A DNA stretch of 64,000 nucleotides from Candidatus Woesearchaeota archaeon (GCA_038128845.1 JAYPKL010000002.1:5604-69603); one strand, 5' to 3'. Numbered from the stretch's first letter, positions 28,060 through 38,130 are shown. Program-made: numbers and translations. Notes: a model not told the origin generated them from the letters alone.

Positions 28060-29262
28060 ATGAAAAATAAAATAATTCAATTGACTTTAGAAAATGCTGT
28101 TGAATTTGGTGGAAAGGCGAACAAAAAAGCTGTAATTAACAAAATTATTCCTTCAATTAAAGATAAATCTAAATTGGGTGATATCAGTAAAGAAGTTGAT
28201 AAAACTATAGATGAAATTAATAAACTATCAGTTGAAAATCAAATTAAAAAATTAACTAAAATAAATCCTTCTTTTTTTGAAAAAAAAGAAAAAATTAAGA
28301 AAACAATCATTGACTTACCTAATTTAGTTAAAAATTTTAAAGTTAGGTCTGCACCTTCTGCTTCAGGTCCATTACATATTGGTCACGCATTAGTTCTATC
28401 AATAAACAAAATCTATAGGGACTTGTATGAAGGTAAACATGTTCTCAGAATTGAAGATACGAATCCTGAAGGAAATTTCAAGGAATTCTATAAAATGATT
28501 GAAAAAGATTTTACATGGCTTGTTGGTAAACCTGACGAGTTGTATATTCAATCTGATAGAATTGAAATTTATTATAAGTTTGCTGAAAAATTAATTAAGA
28601 AAGGTAAATTATATTTCTGTAATGAAGATACCGAAGAAGTAAGAAACAAAATTAGAAAAGGAATTAAGCCAATTGGTGCATCTAGATCGGTTAAAGAAAA
28701 TTTAGAAAATTGGAAAAAAATGCTAAATGGAGATTATGAAACTGGAGAAGGAGTGATCAGAGTAAATACTCCGGAAAATCTTAAGAATCCTGCTTTAAGA
28801 GATTGGATTGCATTTAGAATTAATAAGTCCAAGCATCCGAGAGTAGGTAAAAAATATTATGTATGGCCAATGATGAATTTTTCTGTTGCCGTTGACGATC
28901 ACGAATTAAAAATTACTCATGTAATACGAGGTAAAGATCATGAAGACCAAACAAGAAGACAGGCAAACATATTTGAATTTATGGGTTGGAAAACGCCCGA
29001 ATATATACATCTAGGTAGAATAAACTACGAAGGTATGAATATTTCGGCTTCTGAAATAAGAAAAGGTGTTGAATCTGGAAAGTTTTCTGGATACGACGAC
29101 AAATCTGTTGAAACTTTGGCTTCACTAAGAAAGCGAAAATATAAACCTGAAGCAATTATTAAATTCTTTTATGAAATTGGTCCAACAAAGCGAGACAAAA
29201 CATTCAAAAAACAAGAAGTTTACAAAACACTAGATTCTTTCAATAGAAAAATAATTAATTAG
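28060..29262 (+). CDS. gltX: Glutamyl-tRNA synthetase (archaeal type) lacking C-terminal anticodon-binding domains
   Basis: Archaeal N-terminal helical domain, SGPLHIGH, RIEDTNP, DDHELKITHVIRGKDH; ends at NRKIIN, 400 aa. Confidence 0.85.
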   Translation: MKNKIIQLTLENAVEFGGKANKKAVINKIIPSIKDKSKLGDISKEVDKTIDEINKLSVENQIKKLTKINPSFFEKKEKIKKTIIDLPNLVKNFKVRSAPSASGPLHIGHALVLSINKIYRDLYEGKHVLRIEDTNPEGNFKEFYKMIEKDFTWLVGKPDELYIQSDRIEIYYKFAEKLIKKGKLYFCNEDTEEVRNKIRKGIKPIGASRSVKENLENWKKMLNGDYETGEGVIRVNTPENLKNPALRDWIAFRINKSKHPRVGKKYYVWPMMNFSVAVDDHELKITHVIRGKDHEDQTRRQANIFEFMGWKTPEYIHLGRINYEGMNISASEIRKGVESGKFSGYDDKSVETLASLRKRKYKPEAIIKFFYEIGPTKRDKTFKKQEVYKTLDSFNRKIIN

Positions 29263-29578
29263 AAGAATTATACAATTCTTTTTGTTTTTTTAGTCCTATA
29301 TTTCTAAGAATATATTTGGGTATAAGAAAATTTTGTGAAATTTTATCTTCATCACTCATAACTTCTAATATTTTATATACGTTCATTTGAGCTTCTAAAT
29401 CTAAATGATCATTGACTAAGTTATTAATAACGCCTGTTTTTGAAGGATATACTGGTAAATTATCTTGTAATTTTTCCAAAATTTTATCAAGTTCATTATT
29501 TTGAGATTCAGTTAGATTAGAAATAGTTTGATCATATTTTTTCATTCTATCAACTAAAGAATCAATCATATTTTCCAT
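29255..29578 (-). CDS. Hypothetical protein
   Basis: 107-aa ORF; no motif. Confidence 0.55.
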   Translation of the reverse strand: MENMIDSLVDRMKKYDQTISNLTESQNNELDKILEKLQDNLPVYPSKTGVINNLVNDHLDLEAQMNVYKILEVMSDEDKISQNFLIPKYILRNIGLKKQKELYNSSN

Positions 29579-29638
29579 TTTTACAATAAGTATTGGATAA
29601 ATAATAAAGTTTTTAAATGGATTGAGATAACCAGATAT

Positions 29639-29660
29639 AACCGATGAGGTTAACGAGGTT
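29639..29660 (+). promoter_or_regulatory. Kink-turn/K-loop in the L7Ae 5' UTR overlapping the Shine-Dalgarno
   Basis: AACC-GAU-GA-GGUUAAC-GA-GGUU gives a C-stem, a 3-nt bulge and tandem G.A pairs; ends 5 nt before ATG 29666. Confidence 0.8.
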
Positions 29661-29665
29661 AAATA

Positions 29666-30097
29666 ATGGAATTAACAAAAGAAATTATTGAAAGAATTTA
29701 TTCACTTATAGAGAAGTCTAAAACTGACGGAAAGATAAGAAAAGGAGTAAATGAAGTTACTAAAAGCCTAGAAAGAGGCGAAGCAAAGTTATCAGTTTCT
29801 GCTGAAGACATCAGTCCCGCAGAAATAACAGCACACTTACCAACACTTGCAAAAGAAAAAGGAATTGTTCATGTTACTGTTCCTTCAAAAACAGAACTTG
29901 GTGCAGCAGCAGGTTTACCTGTGGCAACAGCATCAGTTGCAGTAGTAAGCGGTGATTCAAAATTAATTGATGCATTACTAAAAGATATTAAAATTATAAC
30001 TGAAGGTAAAGCAAAACCTAAATCAGAAGAAAAAACTGAAGAAGCTCCGGCAGAAGAAAAAACTGAAGAAGCTCCGGCAGAAGAAAAAACTGAATAA
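29666..30097 (+). CDS. rpl7ae: Ribosomal protein L7Ae with acidic repeat tail
   Basis: KGVNEVTK, AEDISP, ELGAAAG. Confidence 0.96.
   Translation: MELTKEIIERIYSLIEKSKTDGKIRKGVNEVTKSLERGEAKLSVSAEDISPAEITAHLPTLAKEKGIVHVTVPSKTELGAAAGLPVATASVAVVSGDSKLIDALLKDIKIITEGKAKPKSEEKTEEAPAEEKTEEAPAEEKTE
30024..30094 (+). repeat. 27-nt tandem repeat, about 2.6 copies, encoding EEKTEEAPA
   Basis: CAGAAGAAAAAACTGAAGAAGCTCCGG twice plus a partial third copy. Confidence 0.9.
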
Positions 30098-30348
30098 TGG
30101 CAACAAATGAATCTAACTTCGACGAAAGTGGTAAATTACCTAGAGCAGTTGCTGCAGAAATAACTGAATTAATTGCAAGAGAAGGAAGTAAACAAGTAGT
30201 TACTTTAGTTAGATGTAAAGTACTTGAAGGAAAAGATTCTGGAAAAATTTTAAGAAGAAATGTATATGGTCCAACTCGTATTGGAGACGTAATCATGCTT
30301 ACTCAAACTGAAATTGAAGCATCCTCTAACAAAGGAGGAAGAAGATAA
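30097..30348 (+). CDS. rps28e: 30S ribosomal protein S28e
   Basis: VRCKVLEG...ILRRNVYGP..IGDVI.L.TE; synteny with L7Ae. Confidence 0.95.
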   Translation: MATNESNFDESGKLPRAVAAEITELIAREGSKQVVTLVRCKVLEGKDSGKILRRNVYGPTRIGDVIMLTQTEIEASSNKGGRR

Positions 30349-30548
30349 TGGTTAATTGTTCATTTTCAGGAAAAGAACTACCAAAAGGGAAAGGTAGAAT
30401 GCTTATAAGAAATAATGGAAGAATTCTATATTTTGTAAATAGTAAAGCAATGAAAAACTTTCTCAAATTAGGAAGAAAAAGTCTTAAAACCAGATGGACT
30501 GCAGATTATAAAAAAAGTAAAGAAATTAGATTATCAAATAAAAAGTAA
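30348..30548 (+). CDS. rpl24e: 50S ribosomal protein L24e
   Basis: CSFSG..LPKGKG.M...G.ILYF..SK...LGR...WT. Confidence 0.95.
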   Translation: MVNCSFSGKELPKGKGRMLIRNNGRILYFVNSKAMKNFLKLGRKSLKTRWTADYKKSKEIRLSNKK

Positions 30549-30700
30549 TGAATAATAATTTAGAAAACCTTGAATCTATACTAAATAAAAATAAGTTGAT
30601 ATTAAAATCAAAACGATTAACAAATGATTCTATATTATATCAACTGGCACATGAAAAATATTTCATATTGTATAAAACTCCTTATAATAAAAACCTTTAA
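30548..30700 (+). CDS. Possible 50-aa micro-ORF
   Basis: TAATG-coupled to L24e and fills the gap before rnp2; no motif. Confidence 0.3.
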   Translation: MNNNLENLESILNKNKLILKSKRLTNDSILYQLAHEKYFILYKTPYNKNL

Positions 30701-30723
30701 TTAATTACAAAATTTAACTTATT

Positions 30724-31044
30724 ATGAAAGCATTATTACCTACTTTGAAAGAAAACCCAAGATACATTCAATTCAAAGTAGAATCAAAAAATAATTTTTC
30801 AAAAGATGAAATGAATAGATCTATCATTTTTGAATGTAAAAAATATCTCGGAGAATTAGGTTTAAATAAATCAAATTTAAAATTTATTAAATACGATACA
30901 AAAAATTCAATTGGGATAATAAAAACTAATTCAAAAATGTTAGAAGAAACTAAAATGGCATTATTATTAATTCAAAAACTAAATAAACAAAAATCAAAAA
31001 TAATTATACAGAAAGTAAGTGGAATAATTAAAAAATTGGATTAA
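30724..31044 (+). CDS. rnp2: RNase P protein Pop5 (Rnp2)
   Basis: LPTLKE..RYI.F...VSGIIKK; upstream of psmA. Confidence 0.88.
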   Translation: MKALLPTLKENPRYIQFKVESKNNFSKDEMNRSIIFECKKYLGELGLNKSNLKFIKYDTKNSIGIIKTNSKMLEETKMALLLIQKLNKQKSKIIIQKVSGIIKKLD

Positions 31045-31093
31045 TGAAACATTTAAAAACACATAATATAACATATGAATAGAGAGAAATAAA

Positions 31094-31783
31094 ATGCAAT
31101 TTGTACCAAATCAAACAATGGGTTATGACCGGGCAATTACAGTTTTTAGTCCGGATGGGAGAATACTTCAAGTAGAATACGCAAAAAAGGCTATAGATGC
31201 AGGTTCTCTAATTGTAGGTATAACAACTAAAGACGGAGTAGTATTAGCTGCGGACACATATAGAACAGACCCATTACTTGCAAAAGATTCGATTTCTAAA
31301 ATAGAAGAAATAACTGATAATTTAATTATGACATCAGCAGGATACATAGGAGATTCAAGAGTATTACAAAGAAAAGCAAGATTAAAAGCTCAAGAATACA
31401 AAATTTCTTACGGCGAAGATATATCTCCGGAAGAATTAGTTAAATACATATCTGACTTATGTCAAAGTTTTACTCAATATGGAGGAATAAGACCTTTTGG
31501 TGTTAGTATGCTAATTACAGGAAATACTGAAAATGGACCTGAACTATTTTCAACAGAACCTGCTGGAATATATTTTAAATATAATGCTAAAGCTATAGGT
31601 GCTAATTCCGTTGAAGCAAATAAAATTTTGGAGAAATCTTGGAAAAAAGATTTGACTTTGGATCAAGGAATTGATTTGATAAAAGAAATTTATAAAAAAG
31701 TTTTATCTAAAGATTACAAAGATTCAAGATTGCAAATTGTTGCATCAGGAAAAAGCGGTATTAAAAAAATAAATGCAAAATAG
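31094..31783 (+). CDS. psmA: Proteasome alpha subunit
   Basis: YDRAITVFSPDGRILQVEYA and RPFGVS. Confidence 0.97.
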   Translation: MQFVPNQTMGYDRAITVFSPDGRILQVEYAKKAIDAGSLIVGITTKDGVVLAADTYRTDPLLAKDSISKIEEITDNLIMTSAGYIGDSRVLQRKARLKAQEYKISYGEDISPEELVKYISDLCQSFTQYGGIRPFGVSMLITGNTENGPELFSTEPAGIYFKYNAKAIGANSVEANKILEKSWKKDLTLDQGIDLIKEIYKKVLSKDYKDSRLQIVASGKSGIKKINAK

Positions 31784-32474
31784 AACTTACGACAAAGAAA
31801 AGATATCATTTACTCTCGCAAGATTAAAAAAATCTGGAGAAAATTTTGAAATAGTTATTTCAGACGTAGATAATGCTATAAAATATAGAGAAGGAAAAGA
31901 AATATCTTTGAATGATTTTTTACAAAGTCAAACTATTTTTGAAAATGCAAGTAAAGGTATAAAAGCATCAGAAGAAAAAATTAATTCAATTCTTAAAGAT
32001 AATCCGATTGAAATGATACTAAAGCAAGGAGAACTTCATTTAACTTCAGAACAAAGACAAAAAATGTCCGAAGATAAAAGAAATAAAATTATTGAAAAAA
32101 TACAAAGGGATTCTGTGGATCCAAAAACCGGAAATCCTCATCCTCGTCAAAGAATAGAATTGGCAATGGAACAAGCAAAAATAAAAATTGATTATTCCGA
32201 TAATATTGACAAAAAAATGGAACAAGTAATATTGGAAATAAGAAAAATTATTCCAATTTCTTTTGAAAAAGTTAGACTAAAAATAACAATTCCTTCAAAA
32301 TATACTGGATCAACTTATTCAGCAATAAGAAATAGATTCAATAAATTAAATTCAGAAGAATGGTTAAATAATGGTGACTTGAAGATTGAACTTGAAGTAA
32401 CTGGCGGTCAAAAAACAGACCTTTATAATTTAATAAATAAATTAACAAATGGAGAAGCAATAATAGAAGAATGA
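31773..32474 (+). CDS. Ribosome maturation protein SBDS/Sdo1
   Basis: ARLKK.GENFEI and DPKTGNPHP.RIE.AM. Confidence 0.95.
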   Translation: MQNRTYDKEKISFTLARLKKSGENFEIVISDVDNAIKYREGKEISLNDFLQSQTIFENASKGIKASEEKINSILKDNPIEMILKQGELHLTSEQRQKMSEDKRNKIIEKIQRDSVDPKTGNPHPRQRIELAMEQAKIKIDYSDNIDKKMEQVILEIRKIIPISFEKVRLKITIPSKYTGSTYSAIRNRFNKLNSEEWLNNGDLKIELEVTGGQKTDLYNLINKLTNGEAIIEE

Positions 32475-33148
32475 AAGAAAAAATGAATATAAAAGAAAAT
32501 GAAATAGTAGTTCCGGGGCAAATTTTAGCAACTGGTAAAAAATTTATACCTTCTGGCAAGTGTATAAGAATAGATGAAAATATAGTATCAACAGTAGTTG
32601 GTGCAGTAACTATAAAAGATGAAGTTATTAAAGTAAATTCAAATTCTAATAATTATAGTCCTGAAATTGGAGACAAAATTATAGGAAAAATAATAAGTAT
32701 GAATAATTATGGATGGAGAGCAGATATTGGATCTAACATGGTTGTTGAACTAGATCTAAGAGATGCATCAACTTCATTCATTGAATCTGGTAAAATGGAT
32801 AAATTTATGTCAGTAGGAGATACTATTTACGCAGAAATAACAAGAAAACATAGAGAAAATTTCAAAATATCAACAAAAAATAAACCATTTAGAAAATTAA
32901 TTCCAGGTAAATTGATAAATGTTAAAAACTCATCAATTCCTAGAATAATCGGAAAGAGCGGAAGTATGATAAATATGATTAAAGAAGCTTCAAACTGTAA
33001 TGTTATAGTTGGGCAAAATAATATGGTTTATGTGCAAAATGATAATATTGAAAATATTTTCAAAGTACAAAATGCAATTAAATTAATAGAATCGGAAGCT
33101 AATTCTTCCGGATTAACTGAAAAAATTAAGGAGATGTTAACAAAATAA
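32471..33148 (+). CDS. rrp4: Exosome cap protein Rrp4
   Basis: VVPG, S1 domain and KH motif PRIIGKSGSMI. Confidence 0.93.
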   Translation: MKEKMNIKENEIVVPGQILATGKKFIPSGKCIRIDENIVSTVVGAVTIKDEVIKVNSNSNNYSPEIGDKIIGKIISMNNYGWRADIGSNMVVELDLRDASTSFIESGKMDKFMSVGDTIYAEITRKHRENFKISTKNKPFRKLIPGKLINVKNSSIPRIIGKSGSMINMIKEASNCNVIVGQNNMVYVQNDNIENIFKVQNAIKLIESEANSSGLTEKIKEMLTK

Positions 33149-33149
33149 A

Positions 33150-33863
33150 ATGGCAGGAAAATCAAGTGAACCTTTACTAGTTAAAGGAAAAAGACTAGAT
33201 GGTAGAAAACCATCTGAATTAAGAAAAATTACTGCAGAAGTTGGAGTAATTGAAAAAGCGGTTGGATCTGCAAGATTCACTATGGGTGAAACTGTTGCAG
33301 TTGCATCAGTTTACGGACCGATGGAAGTTCATCCAAGACATAAAGAAAAATCAGATAGAGCAATATTGAAAGTTAATTATGCAATGTTACCTTTTTCTAC
33401 AAGTGACCGGTGTAGACCTGGACCAAGTAGAAGAAGCAAAGAAATAAGTAAAGTTATATCTGAAGCACTTGAAGCAAGTATATTATTAGAAAAATATCCT
33501 GCAAGAATGTTTGAAATTGACGTAGTAATATTAAATGCTAATGCTGGTACAAGAACTGCTGCAATTAATGCGGCATCATTAGCATGTGCAGATGCAGGAA
33601 TTGAAATGAGAGATCTAGTTTGTTCAGTGGCGGCAGGTAAAGCTGAAGACACTGTTTTACTGGATTTATTCCAACCTGAGGACAATTACGGTCAGGCAGA
33701 TTTGCCTATGGCAGTATTACCTAACTTGGGTGAGATATCTTTAGTCCAAATGGATGGAGATTTAAGCATAAAAGAATTTAATGAAGGATTTGATATGATT
33801 TTAGAATCTGCAAAAGAAATTTATGAAATTCAAAAAAATGCATTAATGGAGACACAAAAATGA
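33150..33863 (+). CDS. rrp41: Exosome catalytic subunit Rrp41
   Basis: RLDGR...ELR, YAMLPFS, AGTRT and QMDG. Confidence 0.96.
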   Translation: MAGKSSEPLLVKGKRLDGRKPSELRKITAEVGVIEKAVGSARFTMGETVAVASVYGPMEVHPRHKEKSDRAILKVNYAMLPFSTSDRCRPGPSRRSKEISKVISEALEASILLEKYPARMFEIDVVILNANAGTRTAAINAASLACADAGIEMRDLVCSVAAGKAEDTVLLDLFQPEDNYGQADLPMAVLPNLGEISLVQMDGDLSIKEFNEGFDMILESAKEIYEIQKNALMETQK

Positions 33864-34642
33864 GTGAAAATAATTATTTAAACGAATTAATGAAAAATAA
33901 CTACCGAGATGATGGTAGAAAATTAGATGAATATAGAGAAATAGAAATAGAAACTAATATTGTAGGACAAGCAAATGGTTCTGCAAGAGTAAAAATTGGT
34001 AAAACGGAAGTTATTGCTGGAGTAAAATTTGGTACAGGTGCTCCGTATCCGGACACACCCAATGAAGGTATGTTTATGGTTAATATGGAATTACACCCTA
34101 TGGCAAATCCGGACTACAGCCATGGTCCTCCTAGTCCCGAAGCAATAGAAATATCGAGAGTTATTGATAGAGCAATTAGAGAATCTAAAACGGTAAACTT
34201 TGAAGATTTATGTATCAGAGAAGGAGAACTCGCTTGGAGTCTTTCCGTTGATATTTACCCGATAAATGCTGATGGAAACTTATTTGACGCAGGAGTAATA
34301 GCTGCGCTTTTAGCAATTAAAAATGCTAAATTTCCTGAAATTGAGGCTGAAACTGACAAAGTTTTACATGATACAAGAACGGATAAAGGTTTAACTCTTC
34401 AAAATATACCTGCAATGGTAACAATTGCAAAAATAGGAGACAATTTAATTGTTGATCCTAGCTACGATGAAGAGAAAATTATGGATGCAAGAATACATAT
34501 AGCTACAATCGATAATGGTAACATTTGTGCTATGCAAAAAGGCGGAAGCAAATCTATGAAAATCGAAGAACTTAAAAATGCTATAGAGTTATCTGGTAGT
34601 AAGGGAAATGAGCTTAGAAAGCTTATTAAATCAATCAAATAA
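33860..34642 (+). CDS. rrp42: Exosome subunit Rrp42
   Basis: [25 protein letters not shown] and MQKGG. Confidence 0.96.
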   Translation: MSENNYLNELMKNNYRDDGRKLDEYREIEIETNIVGQANGSARVKIGKTEVIAGVKFGTGAPYPDTPNEGMFMVNMELHPMANPDYSHGPPSPEAIEISRVIDRAIRESKTVNFEDLCIREGELAWSLSVDIYPINADGNLFDAGVIAALLAIKNAKFPEIEAETDKVLHDTRTDKGLTLQNIPAMVTIAKIGDNLIVDPSYDEEKIMDARIHIATIDNGNICAMQKGGSKSMKIEELKNAIELSGSKGNELRKLIKSIK

Positions 34643-34845
34643 TGGAATTAACAAAATTTGAAAGAGCAAGAATTATTGGTGCCAGAGCATTACAAATCTC
34701 AATGGGTGCTCCATTACTAATTAAAAGACCGGATAATGTTTATAACGTAATTCAACTTGCAAAAGAAGAATTAAAATCCGGAGTTCTTCCAATTACAGTT
34801 AATAGACCAAAACCAAAGAAGAGGGAAAGAAGATATGACGAATAG
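34642..34845 (+). CDS. rpoK: RNA polymerase subunit Rpo6 (K)
   Basis: [22 protein letters not shown]. Confidence 0.97.
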   Translation: MELTKFERARIIGARALQISMGAPLLIKRPDNVYNVIQLAKEELKSGVLPITVNRPKPKKRERRYDE

Positions 34846-35413
34846 TAATTTAGTTGCAGTAGAACAATATTTAGAATCAGGTATACAAATTGGAACTAAA
34901 TATAAAACAAAAGATATGAGTGAATACATTCATAAAGTAAACCCTCAAAACGGAGTTGCTATTTTGGATATTCAAAAAATTGATGATAAGTTAAAAGATG
35001 GAATTAAATTTTTGACGCAATACAATGCAGAAGATATTTTAGTTGTTTGTAGAAGAGAAAATGGTTGGAAAGCAGCTAAAAAATTTGCAGAAAGTATTGG
35101 AGCTAAATACTATGTGGGTAGATATCCTGCAGGAGTAATTACAAATCCTCAATTAAAAACTTTCATTGAACCAAAATTAATATTTGTTGCAGACCCTAGA
35201 ATGGATAAAAATGCAGTAAAAGACGCATATTTAATGAACTTACCAGTTCTTGCATTATGTGATTCAAATAATACATTTCAAAATATTGATATGTCAATTA
35301 TCTGTAATAATAAAGGTTCAAAATCATTATCATTAGTCTATTGGTTATTAACCAATGGCTACTTAAAAAGTAAAGGAATTAAAAAAGAAATACCTTTGGA
35401 GTCATTTCAATAA
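34835..35413 (+). CDS. rps2: 30S ribosomal protein S2
   Basis: [19 protein letters not shown] and NNKG.KSL. Confidence 0.95.
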   Translation: MTNSNLVAVEQYLESGIQIGTKYKTKDMSEYIHKVNPQNGVAILDIQKIDDKLKDGIKFLTQYNAEDILVVCRRENGWKAAKKFAESIGAKYYVGRYPAGVITNPQLKTFIEPKLIFVADPRMDKNAVKDAYLMNLPVLALCDSNNTFQNIDMSIICNNKGSKSLSLVYWLLTNGYLKSKGIKKEIPLESFQ

Positions 35414-35709
35414 TGTATAAAAATAGTATTTTTGGTTTAATGTTTAAAAAACCAAAAACTATTATGATGACTTCATTAAAGGAATCAATTTTTTTTTCTT
35501 CAATACATACTTTTTTTGTATTCAAACCAATAGATGTAATATGGCTGGATAATCAATATACAATTGTTGATTATAAAACGGTTAAACCATTTAAATTAAA
35601 TGTTAAACCAAAAAAACCAGCAAAATATATAGTAGAATCTTATGAAGGTTTTATTAAAAAAAATAAAATAAAAATAGGTGAAAAATTTGAGTATAAAAAT
35701 AGAGTGTAA
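35413..35709 (+). CDS. DUF192-family protein
   Basis: GLMF, IHTFFV.KPIDV.WLD and AKYIVE. Confidence 0.8.
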   Translation: MYKNSIFGLMFKKPKTIMMTSLKESIFFSSIHTFFVFKPIDVIWLDNQYTIVDYKTVKPFKLNVKPKKPAKYIVESYEGFIKKNKIKIGEKFEYKNRV

Positions 35710-36943
35710 CGGCGGATTTAGAGAAGTAGGAAACAATGCAGTTATTTTTGATAACGGTAAAGAAAGAGTTTGTTTTGAATTTGGATTTAATGTATCGGAT
35801 AGTCTTAGTCCTTTAATTCCCGATAAAAAAGTAGATTATTTATTGGCGTGTCACGGGCATTTAGATCATGTTGGAAGTATTCCAGAATTATACAGTAAAT
35901 ATAAACCGAAAATTTATGGAACTAAACCTACAAAAGATCTTGCTGAATTAGTTTTATTTGATAGTATTAAAGTTGGTAAAATAAAAGAAAAACCAAGAAA
36001 TTTTACAAGAGACGATGTAAAAAATGTACTTAATAATTGGACATTAAAAAAATACAATGAATCATTTAAATTAGGATCTTCAAAAGTTACTTTTTATAAT
36101 GCGGGACATATACCTGGAAGTTCAATGGCATTATTGGAAATGGATAATAAAAAAATACTATACACATCAGATTTTAAGTTAAATGAAACTGCATTATTGA
36201 AAGGTGCAGATATAAGTAAATTAAAAAATATTGATATGATGATTATGGAAACAACTTATTCCGACAGAGATTTAGATAAAAGAGAAAAAATAGAAAAAGA
36301 GTTCATTGATACAATAAATCGGACTGTAGAACAAGGTGGAATTGCATTAGTACCTTCTTTTGCTATTCGTGCACCAGAATTATTAATGGTATTGGAAAAA
36401 TATAATGTTAAACATAATATCTTTGTAGATGGAATGGGTAAAGCAGCAACTGAGATATCTGGAAAAAATTTAGAATATATTAAAGATGGAAAAATGTTTA
36501 AGAAGGCTCTAAATAGAGCTTCATTTGTTACTAATCATGCTCAAAGAAAAAAAATAATTAAATCACCGTGTGTTATAATTACAACCGGTGGCTGTATGGA
36601 TGGAGGTCCAGTCGCAGAATATATAAAGCATATTTTTAGAGATGAAAAATCAAGTTTAATTTTAACAGGTTATCAAATACCTGGTACTGCCGGAGCATAT
36701 CTGCAAGATACCGGTAGATATGTAACTGATGAACTTAATTTAAAATTAACTTTACCAGTTTACAAATATAGTTTTACTGCACATGCAACTAGATCTGAAT
36801 TAATGGATATGGTAAAAAAAATAAGACCTAAAAAAATAATGTGCATTCATGGAACAAATACTGTAAGATTTGCTACAGAAATAAGGTCAAGTTTCGGTAT
36901 TGATGCAATTGCACCTAAGCAAGGTGAAATTATTGATTTTTAA
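35678..36943 (+). CDS. Beta-CASP metallo-beta-lactamase ribonuclease (aCPSF-like, no KH domains)
   Basis: GGFREVG, HGHLDH, AGHIPGS, METTY, GYQ..GT, AHA and HG. Confidence 0.9.
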   Translation: MKNLSIKIECNGGFREVGNNAVIFDNGKERVCFEFGFNVSDSLSPLIPDKKVDYLLACHGHLDHVGSIPELYSKYKPKIYGTKPTKDLAELVLFDSIKVGKIKEKPRNFTRDDVKNVLNNWTLKKYNESFKLGSSKVTFYNAGHIPGSSMALLEMDNKKILYTSDFKLNETALLKGADISKLKNIDMMIMETTYSDRDLDKREKIEKEFIDTINRTVEQGGIALVPSFAIRAPELLMVLEKYNVKHNIFVDGMGKAATEISGKNLEYIKDGKMFKKALNRASFVTNHAQRKKIIKSPCVIITTGGCMDGGPVAEYIKHIFRDEKSSLILTGYQIPGTAGAYLQDTGRYVTDELNLKLTLPVYKYSFTAHATRSELMDMVKKIRPKKIMCIHGTNTVRFATEIRSSFGIDAIAPKQGEIIDF

Positions 36944-37460
36944 TTTTTAATATCTTATAAACCGGATTTAAATTTTCTCGATAATCAGTTTTATTTTTTG
37001 AAAAATTATGAACTTTTATTTTACATTTATATTTGCTACATAAATTTACGTTTTGTTGAATTCTACCCAATAATTTTGCTTTATTTTTAGCATGTAAAAT
37101 TGAAGAGAAATTTATGAAATAAGTCTTATTATTTTCTTTAATTATTTTTGCAATTACTTGATTCATATTGCTTCTTCTATAATGGGTATGATCTGGACCT
37201 TTATCTGATTCTATATCAACAATACCATAAATTTTTTTATGTTCAACTAATTTTCTTATTATTTTTTCATCCCGGGATGTTCCAATAATTATACAATCAA
37301 ATTTTTTTAATATGCCGAAGTCGGTAGTTTTTGGTTGAAACAAAATTCCTATATTCTCATCGGGATGATTATGTATAATATCTTTATAATCATCAATAGA
37401 AACTAACTTTAATCCAGGTAAGCTCATTGTTTGTTTATTAAATAACTGAATATCTTCCAT
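36930..37460 (-). CDS. rnp3: RNase P protein Rpp30 (Rnp3)-like, shortened
   Basis: D.THYRRS.MNQV.AK, INFS.IL and LGRI.QN..LC.KY. Confidence 0.65.
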   Translation of the reverse strand: MEDIQLFNKQTMSLPGLKLVSIDDYKDIIHNHPDENIGILFQPKTTDFGILKKFDCIIIGTSRDEKIIRKLVEHKKIYGIVDIESDKGPDHTHYRRSNMNQVIAKIIKENNKTYFINFSSILHAKNKAKLLGRIQQNVNLCSKYKCKIKVHNFSKNKTDYRENLNPVYKILKIKNQ

Positions 37461-37472
37461 TATAATTTATAT

Positions 37473-37808
37473 ATGATAGTATATATAATATATATGGTAA
37501 AGCAGAAAAAGCAGAAAAAAAACAAAATAAAAATTTCAGATATTGTTGATTTTATAGAATTGCTTATTGAGCTTGTGCCAGGAAGAGGTCTTACTTTAAT
37601 GTTATTATTGGGTGCAGTTTGCGGAGGATTAATTGGTTATGATATGGGATTTAATTCGGTTGAAAAAACTGATTGTCCGATAGTGGAAGAATGTCCTATT
37701 CAAAAAGAATGTGAAATTTGTGAAGAATGTAAAAATCTGGATGATTATTCTGAAGAAGAATTAATTACGGCATTAAAACCCAAATATTATTGTAATATTA
37801 TTGATTAA
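37473..37808 (+). CDS. Small membrane protein with Cys/Glu repeats
   Basis: One TM segment then CPIVEECPIQKECEICEEC. Confidence 0.6.
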   Translation: MIVYIIYMVKQKKQKKNKIKISDIVDFIELLIELVPGRGLTLMLLLGAVCGGLIGYDMGFNSVEKTDCPIVEECPIQKECEICEECKNLDDYSEEELITALKPKYYCNIID

Positions 37809-38130
37809 TTTTTGTTAATTTTGATTCAAGTATATCTATGGATTCTGGTTTTTTAATATCGCCAATATATCTTATATGAATAATTTGATCTCCAATTTCT
37901 ATAGATTCATAAATACTATTCGGTCCTTTAAAATTAATAAATTCAGTGCCAGATTCATTTTCTCTCTGAATTATGTCCAATAAACAAAATGTATTGTCTT
38001 TAGATTTAATTTCTATCTTATTTTCTTTAATAATATAGTTTAATTTATTTTTATTATCGTATAAATTTAGTTCCATTGCAATAGCATATTTTTTGTTTAA
38101 TTTATAAATATTACTTATCGTCATCAACAA
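37798..38130 (-). CDS. Hypothetical protein
   Basis: ORF with no motif; start uncertain. Confidence 0.45.
   Translation of the reverse strand: MLMTISNIYKLNKKYAIAMELNLYDNKNKLNYIIKENKIEIKSKDNTFCLLDIIQRENESGTEFINFKGPNSIYESIEIGDQIIHIRYIGDIKKPESIDILESKLTKINQ

Noticed and set aside
30024..30094. Repeats as a possible CRISPR array (also 53491-53642)
   Set aside because: They are in-frame coding repeats with only two or three copies, no spacer array and no cas operon
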